From: an uncultured bacterium
GTDB taxonomy: Bacteria; Auribacterota; JACPWU01
DNA: 32,000 nt
Direction: 5' to 3'
Assembly (NCBI GenBank): GCA_964640155.1
Contig: CAZXEQ010000002.1
Span: forward strand, 330,001 to 362,000
Shown: piece after piece, positions 16,322 to 23,349 of the stretch
How the letters are laid out: each line of letters opens with the position of its first letter
How positions within the stretch are numbered: position 1 is the stretch's first letter
Made by a program: the position numbers and the translations under genes
The notes under the pieces: generated by a model
The model's input: only the letters and a program-made list of their open reading frames with translations
Told to the model about the DNA's origin: nothing
Databases searched by the model: none

Positions 16322-17676
16322 TCTTAAAATTATTTGGAACAGATGGTATTCGGGGTGTAGCCAATACAGAGCCCATGACTGTTGAGATTGCATTACAATT
16401 GGGCCGAGCAGCAGCTCATGTTTTTGGAAATGAATCTAGGCGACACAGCGTTGTCATCGGAAAAGATACAAGACTTTCTGGTTACATGTTTGAAAGCGCT
16501 TTAGCAGCAGGCCTTTGCTCAATGGGCGTCGATGTATTACTTCTGGGGCCTCTTCCAACACCCGGAGTTGCTTTTATTACAAGGAGTTTAAGGGCAGATG
16601 CGGGGATTGTTATTTCTGCAAGTCATAATTCTTTTGAGGACAATGGGATTAAATTTTTTTCAAACGAAGGATTAAAACTTCCTGAAGAATTAGAGCGAAA
16701 GATAGAATCTTTGATTTCTGAAGGAACCATTACGCATATTCGACCTACAGCACATCATGTAGGTAAAGCTTTTCGTATTGAGGATGCTTTGGGACGTTAT
16801 GTGGAATTCGTCAAAAATTCATTCCCTAAGGGGATGACGTTGGATGGTTTGAAAATTGCCTTAGATTGTGCGAATGGAGCAGCCTACAAAGCTGCTCCTC
16901 TGGTGCTTCGAGAACTTGGAGCAAAACTGACTGTGGATCATAATCAGCCAGATGGAATGAATATTAATAAGAATTGTGGTTCTTTATATCCTGAGCAGAT
17001 TTGCCAAAAAGTTGTCAGAGAGCATGCGGATGTGGGAATTGCTTTAGATGGAGATGCAGATCGTGTCATTTTTTCTGATGAGAAAGGTCGAGAAGTGGAT
17101 GGCGATGATATTATGGCCATTTGTGCAAAAGATTTCTTTAAAGATTCGACACGCAAAAAGCTTCTTGTGGCGACGGTGATGAGTAATTTTGGTTTGGATA
17201 AATTGATTGAATCTTTGGGAGGACAATTGATTCGTGCTCGCGTGGGGGATCGTTTCGTCATCGAAGAAATGCTTAAGCATAATGCTTATTTTGGAGGAGA
17301 ACAGTCAGGTCATATTATTTTTAAAGATTTTACAACAACGGGAGATGGTCTTATTACGGCCTTACAAATTTTAAGAATTATGGTTGAAACTGGGAAAAAA
17401 CTTTCAGAATTATGTCAACCTTTCGAAAGATTTCCTCAGATTCTGCTAAATGTGAAAGTGAGAGAAAAGAAAAATCTTGATGAAATTGCTTCTGTACAAA
17501 AAGCTATTACACATGCCAATGAAATCTTGCAAAAACGTGGGAGAACTTTTGTACGCTATTCTGGAACAGAGCCTATTGCGCGTGTGATGGTTGAAGGAGA
17601 AAATCAAGGTCAAATTCAGGAACTGGCACAAAATATCATTACTGCGATTAAAAAAGAAATAGGGGAAAAACCGTAA
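16318..17676 (+). CDS. glmM: phosphoglucosamine mutase
   Basis: Motifs FGTDGIRG, the phosphoserine loop SASHNSFEDNGIKFF, the Mg site DGDADR, and GEQSGH. Confidence 0.95.
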   Translation: MILKLFGTDGIRGVANTEPMTVEIALQLGRAAAHVFGNESRRHSVVIGKDTRLSGYMFESALAAGLCSMGVDVLLLGPLPTPGVAFITRSLRADAGIVISASHNSFEDNGIKFFSNEGLKLPEELERKIESLISEGTITHIRPTAHHVGKAFRIEDALGRYVEFVKNSFPKGMTLDGLKIALDCANGAAYKAAPLVLRELGAKLTVDHNQPDGMNINKNCGSLYPEQICQKVVREHADVGIALDGDADRVIFSDEKGREVDGDDIMAICAKDFFKDSTRKKLLVATVMSNFGLDKLIESLGGQLIRARVGDRFVIEEMLKHNAYFGGEQSGHIIFKDFTTTGDGLITALQILRIMVETGKKLSELCQPFERFPQILLNVKVREKKNLDEIASVQKAITHANEILQKRGRTFVRYSGTEPIARVMVEGENQGQIQELAQNIITAIKKEIGEKP

Positions 17677-17750
17677 TACGTGATGACGTACTGTGAAAGA
17701 ATTTATCAAACTAAACGCAGGACGAAATACGCATCACGCATGACAAATGT

Positions 17751-18479
17751 ATGATTCATCTAGGCATTAATATTGATCATATTGCAACTTTAAGACAAGC
17801 TCGACAGGGAGTGGAACCAGATCCTGTATGGGCTGCTTCTATTTGTGAACTTGCGGGAGCTTATAACATTACGGTTCATTTGCGTGAAGACCGTAGACAT
17901 ATTCAGTCTCGAGATTTGGTTCTTTTAAGAGAAACCGTTAAAAGTAAACTCAATCTTGAAATGGGAAATAATTCTCAAATTCTTCGTGAGGCTCTTGCAG
18001 TAAAACCTGATCAAGTGACTTTGGTCCCTGAACGACGAGAAGAATTGACCACAGAAGGTGGGCTAAATGTTATTAAACATCGGTCTTCTTTATTAAGTTC
18101 GATTCAAAAACTTCAGAAAAAAGGGATTGAAACGGGTGTTTTTATCGAACCAGATGAAGATCAGGTGAAGGCTTCTTCTGAGATAGGCGTGAGCTTTGTT
18201 GAATTTCATACAGGTCGTTTTGCAAATGCAAAAAATCTAAAAGTTCAAGAAAAGGAATTGATTTTATTGTGCCAGGCCGCTGAAGAAGCACATGGCTTAA
18301 ATTTACATGTTCATGCAGGGCATGGGCTCAATTTTTTGAATATTCATCCCATCAAGAAAATGCCTTATCTTGAGGAGGTTAATATTGGACATGCTATTAT
18401 CAGTCGAGCGGTATTTATGGGACTTCAAAATGCTGTTCAAGAAATGTTGAACCTTCTTCGTGTCCCTAGTCCATTATGA
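17751..18479 (+). CDS. pdxJ: pyridoxine 5'-phosphate synthase
   Basis: Motifs LGINIDHIATLRQAR, HLREDRRHI and HAGHGLN, in a 242-aa ORF. Confidence 0.9.
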   Translation: MIHLGINIDHIATLRQARQGVEPDPVWAASICELAGAYNITVHLREDRRHIQSRDLVLLRETVKSKLNLEMGNNSQILREALAVKPDQVTLVPERREELTTEGGLNVIKHRSSLLSSIQKLQKKGIETGVFIEPDEDQVKASSEIGVSFVEFHTGRFANAKNLKVQEKELILLCQAAEEAHGLNLHVHAGHGLNFLNIHPIKKMPYLEEVNIGHAIISRAVFMGLQNAVQEMLNLLRVPSPL

Positions 18480-18847
18480 AAATTTTAGGCATGGGGTTGG
18501 AAATTTTGGATCATCAAGTCTGGGATCAAAAGATTTCTAAGAAAAGAGAAATTTTTTTAAAAAATAATTTTACACCCTCAGAGAGAAAATATTGTGAGCA
18601 AAAAAGAAATTCTAATATGCACTATGGAGTCCGATGGGCTTGCAAAAATGCGCTCATTCAAGCGTTGCAACTTTCAAAAAAAAATAAAGTTTTTAAAAAT
18701 ATTGAAATAAAATCAAATTCTTCAGGTGTTCCAAAAATTCATTTAAACTCTAAGATCTTTCAAGATAAGTTTAAAATTAAAGAAATAAAGTTAAGTCTTT
18801 CACATTCAGATGCTTATTCTGTTGCTGAAGTGATTGTTTTTGGATAA
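18476..18847 (+). CDS. acpS: holo-[acyl-carrier-protein] synthase
   Basis: This is a 123-aa ORF with a 4-nt overlap onto pdxJ. AcpS-like segments are ILGMGLEIL, FTPSERKYC, WACKNALIQAL and LSLSHSDAYSVAEVIV. pdxJ-acpS adjacency is known from E. coli. Confidence 0.7.
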   Translation: MKILGMGLEILDHQVWDQKISKKREIFLKNNFTPSERKYCEQKRNSNMHYGVRWACKNALIQALQLSKKNKVFKNIEIKSNSSGVPKIHLNSKIFQDKFKIKEIKLSLSHSDAYSVAEVIVFG

Positions 18848-18858
18848 AGGAATTCAAG

Positions 18859-20433
18859 ATGAAAATTGTTTCTTCTGCACAGATGAGAGATTTGGATCGA
18901 AAAGCTATTCAGAATCATGAGATCACTGCTTTGACCTTGATGGAAAGAGCGGGGACTGGAGTCGCAAATTTAGTTTTAAAATTATTAGAAGAAAATCATT
19001 GGTCTCGTAAAGTTGTTTTTTTTTCAGGCAAAGGAAATAATGCAGGAGATGCTTTCGTTGCTGCAAGATTACTCGATGAAAAAGATGTTAAAACTTTGAC
19101 TTTGGTTTTAGCTTCATTTGATCAAGTTAAAGGGGAAGCTAAAGAAAACTTAAAAAAATTGCGTTCACGTACGAATCAGGTTTTAGAAATTAAAACACGT
19201 GAAGATTTGATACGAATCTTGCACGAATTTTCAGATTGTTCAATAGGTATTGATGGAATGGTTGGAACAGGGGTTAAGGGGACCACTTTACAAGGTTTAT
19301 TTGCTGAAGCAGCTGATATTCTCAATGAACTTCCCCTTCGATCTGTTGTAGCTATTGATATCCCCAGTGGATTAAATCCTGATACAGGTTTGGTTGAAGG
19401 TCCTACAGTTAGAGCAGACCATACCTTAACTTTGGGTCTTCCTAAAAAAGGGCTTCTTATTCAAGATGGTTTAGAGTGGGCAGGACAGATTCATGTTTTA
19501 GACTTAGGATTTCCTAAAGATTTATTAGAAGAACTTGTAAGTCGTGAATTTCTTTTGACTCCAGATGCATTAAGTCCTTTACCTCAAAGAAATCGAATCA
19601 GTCATAAAGGCATCTATGGACATCTTTTTATTTTGGGGGGATCTCCTGGTTTAACAGGGGCTCCTTGTCTAGCGGCTCTATCTGCTTTGAGATCGGGTGC
19701 AGGTCTTGTTACAGTGGGGATTGCTCAAAGTTTGAACTCTATTTTAGAGATCAAACTTACGGAGCCCATGACGTTTCCTTTGCCAGAAAACCCAATTGGA
19801 TATATAGGCACAAGAGCTTTAGATTCGATCCTTACTTTTTTAGAACGATGTACGGCGGTTGTTATTGGGCCAGGGCTAGGAAGAGAGAAAGAAACAGTGG
19901 AGATGCTGCATCAATTATTTTTAAAATTAGAAATTCCTGTAGTGATTGATGCCGATGGTTTAAATGCACTTGCACAGGACATTTCTATTTTAAAGAAAAT
20001 GAAAGCGCCTGTCATTTTAACTCCTCATCCTGGAGAAATGGCTCGTCTTATGGGGGAGAAAATTTCAGAAATTCAATCTCATCGTTTGGAAATTGCAAAG
20101 GACTTTGCAAAAGACTATCAAATCACTCTTGTTTTAAAAGGGGCAGGGACTGTGATTGCATCTGCCGAAGATTCTATTTTTGTGAATGTGACAGGCAATC
20201 CTGGAATGGCAACAGGGGGAATGGGGGATATTTTGGCAGGTATTATTGGAGGGTTTTTAGCTCAAGGTGTGAGTCCTTTAGAATCAGCCAAGGCAGGTGT
20301 CTATCTTCATGGCATTTGTGGAGATGAAAGCAAAAAGAAGTATGCAGAAGAAGGTTTACTTGCAAGTGATCTTTTAAATTTTATTCCGTCTGAACTCAAA
20401 CAATTAAAACAAACCAGAAGGAAAAAAACATGA
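18859..20433 (+). CDS. nnr: bifunctional NAD(P)H-hydrate repair enzyme (epimerase/ADP-dependent dehydratase)
   Basis: The N-terminal YjeF_N region has GKGNNAGDAF. The C-terminal carbohydrate-kinase-like region has GGSPGLTGAP, IGPGLG and GGMGDILAG. Confidence 0.9.
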   Translation: MKIVSSAQMRDLDRKAIQNHEITALTLMERAGTGVANLVLKLLEENHWSRKVVFFSGKGNNAGDAFVAARLLDEKDVKTLTLVLASFDQVKGEAKENLKKLRSRTNQVLEIKTREDLIRILHEFSDCSIGIDGMVGTGVKGTTLQGLFAEAADILNELPLRSVVAIDIPSGLNPDTGLVEGPTVRADHTLTLGLPKKGLLIQDGLEWAGQIHVLDLGFPKDLLEELVSREFLLTPDALSPLPQRNRISHKGIYGHLFILGGSPGLTGAPCLAALSALRSGAGLVTVGIAQSLNSILEIKLTEPMTFPLPENPIGYIGTRALDSILTFLERCTAVVIGPGLGREKETVEMLHQLFLKLEIPVVIDADGLNALAQDISILKKMKAPVILTPHPGEMARLMGEKISEIQSHRLEIAKDFAKDYQITLVLKGAGTVIASAEDSIFVNVTGNPGMATGGMGDILAGIIGGFLAQGVSPLESAKAGVYLHGICGDESKKKYAEEGLLASDLLNFIPSELKQLKQTRRKKT

Positions 20434-20906
20434 AAATAAATCATTTTTTTCTAAATACTTTTCTTCTTATATGTACTCTATATGTTATGGGATGTGGAGG
20501 TTCTCCGAAAGAAAAAATTAGTCAACATCGTGTGGGAGAAAAGATTTTGATGGATGACATCGCCTTCACCGTGACTGCGGTTTCTCGTCATCCACAACCT
20601 TCCTCTGAATTTTCCGGGCCCGGAGGCCAAGAACAGCTGGTTATAGATATTGCAGTGATCAATGAAGGAAAGCACCCCGCCGTTTTTAAACTGGAAGAAA
20701 TTTCTTTAAAAGATGCAAATGGTAAAGTTTATCAAGGAACTCCAGCAGGAGGACCTGGAAGTCTTTTAAGTACAGGTCGTTTTTTGGCTATGGGAGATAA
20801 AATCATAGGGTCATTGCTTTATCAGATTAGTCCGGGAACGAAGGGTTTGGTTTTGAAGTATGAATGTAAGAAGTTAAAGAAGACATGCTTCATTAAATTG
20901 GATTAA
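20430..20906 (+). CDS. lipoprotein, DUF4352-like
   Basis: Signal peptide with the lipobox LYVMGC. A beta-rich mature part resembles DUF4352. There is a 4-nt ATGA overlap with nnr. Confidence 0.5.
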   Translation: MKINHFFLNTFLLICTLYVMGCGGSPKEKISQHRVGEKILMDDIAFTVTAVSRHPQPSSEFSGPGGQEQLVIDIAVINEGKHPAVFKLEEISLKDANGKVYQGTPAGGPGSLLSTGRFLAMGDKIIGSLLYQISPGTKGLVLKYECKKLKKTCFIKLD

Positions 20907-20930
20907 TGGCGCCGCAATAATCCTGGTGTT

Positions 20931-22523
20931 TTAATCATAAAGGCAAACCAGTCTTGCCTCAGAGGTTTGATTAGAACTTCTTCGCATTAGATCTCCAAAG
21001 GAAAGTGTTGTCATTTGTTTGCCTAGAAAAATACCATCATCAGATATCTCAAAAGCTTCACAACCTCCAGGTTCAGAGTATTTCCACTTTAATTGACCCG
21101 TTTTTTTATCAAGGCACTGAAGTCGCATAGCTTCTCCAAGGGTTCCCATATCTAAAAGATTCATCGTCGGTCTATTTTCTAACAAATATAGAGAATTATT
21201 TTTGAAAATAGGTTTCCCTGAGCAAAAATCTTTTTGCCATTTTACTTTTCCATCTAAATTTGAAATGCCATATAGGCGATTGACAGAAAAAATATCCTCA
21301 ATGTTAGTTGCCAGAGGAGACTGAACGAGACATAACATCTGCTTTAAAGAGGGAGACAATTTCTTTTTAGTTTTAAAACTTCCCAAGGCATAAATCATTT
21401 TAGGTGCAATCTCCAATTTTTCTCGGGTAATCCCAATAGCCACTTTCCACAACTTTTTCCCATCGGACTTTCGATAGCAACTCAAGTTACTGCCAGAAAG
21501 AACCAGTGGATTTCCTTCTGAGGTGAATTGTATTTGTTCAGGTATACGCTCTAAGGGACGTTTCCACAGAAGCTCTCCTTGTAGATTGAGAAAAAGTAAA
21601 TTTCTTTTTTCTACAAAAAGAATGCCATGAGACTGAATTAAGGGTTGTACAGGTGTATTTAGATTGAGAGAGAAAGCTTTTTGCCAAAGTCTTGATCCTG
21701 TTTTAATTCCAATGGACTGAATGTTTATTTTTTTTGAATTTTCATAATCAACAATGAATAAATTTTCTTCCAAAAATACCATTTGAGTCGGTGTTTTGAG
21801 CTTGAGCATAATCACTTTTTCTTGAAGAAAAGAAGATATGTTGAGCTTGATCAATTGAAAAGAAACAGGCTGCATGGTAATGCCACTCTCGCTTTGCTGT
21901 GAGCGTGGTATTTTGCTTAAAAGCCATAGATGAGACTTAACTTTCAAGGGGGCTTGCGGCATGCTTTCAGGGGCTTGAAAATGGAGCATAGGTTTCCCCG
22001 TAAGGATATCGAGGCCATATAGATTTTTTTTGTCTGCAAAAATGACTGTTTTATTTTGAATTTCTAAAAATGAGAATAGGGGCAAATGAGAGGGAGATTG
22101 AAACTCCCAAAGAAATTTTCCATCTTTTATTTGATAGGCTTTGGCTTGGTTAGATGAAAAAAGAGCGTAAGAAATAGGGTTCTGGGATTTTAGAAAAAAG
22201 GGGGCTTCATTCAAGGTCGTTTCCCAGCGAACTTTCCCTGAAACGTCCGAAGATTTTAAGATGATCCAAAAAGTTAATATTCCTATAATAAGAGAAGGAA
22301 TAATCCACACAAGAGTGATGGCAAAATGATTAGCTTGTCGATCTAAAATTGAGAGTTTTTGTTTTTGATGAGAAGTTAGAATGGGGGCAATTTTCTCTTG
22401 GGCATCTTGTTTACATCGATCACTGCAATAATAACCAAATTCCTGAATGCATTCAGGACAAATATTTTTCCCACAAAGAGTACATTCTCCAACTGTTTTC
22501 AGATGATGTGTCAGACAGGCCAT
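20931..22523 (-). CDS. zinc-ribbon / single-TM / PQQ-like beta-propeller repeat protein
   Basis: The N-terminus CTLCGKNICPECIQEFGYYCSDRC is a Cys-rich zinc ribbon. One TM segment follows (VWIIPSLIIGILTFWIIL). There are then roughly 8 repeats carrying G-K/E-x-L/K-W-x motifs (GKFLWEF, GSRLWQKAF, GELLWKRPL, GKKLWKV, GKVKWQKDF, GQLKWKY), as in BamB/PQQ-type propellers. Confidence 0.55.
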   Translation of the reverse strand: MACLTHHLKTVGECTLCGKNICPECIQEFGYYCSDRCKQDAQEKIAPILTSHQKQKLSILDRQANHFAITLVWIIPSLIIGILTFWIILKSSDVSGKVRWETTLNEAPFFLKSQNPISYALFSSNQAKAYQIKDGKFLWEFQSPSHLPLFSFLEIQNKTVIFADKKNLYGLDILTGKPMLHFQAPESMPQAPLKVKSHLWLLSKIPRSQQSESGITMQPVSFQLIKLNISSFLQEKVIMLKLKTPTQMVFLEENLFIVDYENSKKINIQSIGIKTGSRLWQKAFSLNLNTPVQPLIQSHGILFVEKRNLLFLNLQGELLWKRPLERIPEQIQFTSEGNPLVLSGSNLSCYRKSDGKKLWKVAIGITREKLEIAPKMIYALGSFKTKKKLSPSLKQMLCLVQSPLATNIEDIFSVNRLYGISNLDGKVKWQKDFCSGKPIFKNNSLYLLENRPTMNLLDMGTLGEAMRLQCLDKKTGQLKWKYSEPGGCEAFEISDDGIFLGKQMTTLSFGDLMRRSSNQTSEARLVCLYD

Positions 22524-22535
22524 GTTGGGGATGCG

Positions 22536-22625
22536 TTAAAAACCGCTAAAGTTCCACATGTATTTTATTGCAAGAATCATGAGAAGGGTAACGATCAGAA
22601 TAAAAATAAAGGCTTTCAAGTACAT
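22536..22625 (-). CDS. candidate 29-aa hydrophobic micropeptide
   Basis: This ORF is below the length shown in the ORF track. My own translation is MYLKAFIFILIVTLLMILAIKYMWNFSGF*. AAGGAG lies 6 nt upstream of the ATG. The stop is 12 nt before the ATG of the propeller gene. Confidence 0.35.
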   Translation of the reverse strand: MYLKAFIFILIVTLLMILAIKYMWNFSGF

Positions 22626-22663
22626 GAGAAACTCCTTTATTCCTGAATAGAGTAGATGAATAA

Positions 22664-23146
22664 TTAAGCTTTGTAAGCCTTAACAGAGAGCAGCTTAAAC
22701 TTTTTAGAACTACCAGGCAAAATGACAGTAGCTTCTTCGCCGGCTTGTTTTCCAATTAATCCTTTGGCCAAGGGAGATTGAAAAGAAATAATGCCATTGT
22801 CTGCATCAGAGTCTTCAGGTCCAAGAATAGTATAAGTAAACTCCTCCTTTGAGGATAAGTCTTTTACATGGATAACGGTTCCGATGCTGACACGATCGCC
22901 AGGAACACGTAGATCTTCAATGAATTGAACGGACATAAGGGTTTCTTTGATATTGCCAATCTCCGTCATCACCAGGGCTTGTTTTTGTTTGGCCATTTCA
23001 TATTCAGCATTTTCTCGCAAATCTCCTTTTTCTCTGGCCACGGCGATTTCTTTGGAGAGCTCAATGCTTTCAACTTGCGATAAATGCTCAAGCCGCTCAT
23101 GAAGTTTTTGATGCGTTTTCTTGGTCATGTAATGAGGCATAATCAC
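22664..23146 (-). CDS. greA: transcription elongation factor GreA
   Basis: The N-terminal coiled coil has REKGDLRENAEYEMAKQKQ. The C-terminal globular domain has SPLAKGLIGKQAGEE. Confidence 0.92.
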   Translation of the reverse strand: MIMPHYMTKKTHQKLHERLEHLSQVESIELSKEIAVAREKGDLRENAEYEMAKQKQALVMTEIGNIKETLMSVQFIEDLRVPGDRVSIGTVIHVKDLSSKEEFTYTILGPEDSDADNGIISFQSPLAKGLIGKQAGEEATVILPGSSKKFKLLSVKAYKA

Positions 23147-23215
23147 AAAGTATAGAATTTGTGATGAATCTTTTCAATGATTTATAACAATGTTTGCTCA
23201 ATAGATATTGTAATT

Positions 23216-23339
23216 AAAAGTGTGTACTTTTAAAAAAGTGGCAGGGCCTGACACTCGTCATCCCCACCGTGCTCATAAAAAATTGCGCGCGGCGGGGCTC
23301 CCCGCCGAGTGTCACCCGTATTATAAAGGACACACTTTT
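23216..23339. repeat. GC-rich palindromic element, copy E1 (intergenic greA/pbpC)
   Basis: The termini AAAAGTGTGTACTTT and AAAGGACACACTTTT are inverted repeats. The core has a 9-bp stem TGACACTCG/CGAGTGTCA and a central GCGCGC. Confidence 0.85.
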
Positions 23340-23349
23340 ATACATGCTA

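Noticed and set aside
18676-18684. A9 run inside acpS as a second slippage site.
   Set aside because: No known biology supports recoding in acpS. It shows that poly-A runs are simply common in this AT-rich genome, which also tempers the dnaX finding.
22398-22755. ORFs 22398..22646 (+) and 22546..22755 (-) in the greA/propeller intergenic region.
   Set aside because: They overlap the ends of the well-supported propeller gene (ending at 22523) and greA (22664..23146), have no RBS, and are low complexity. The 29-aa ORF with an RBS explains this spacer better.
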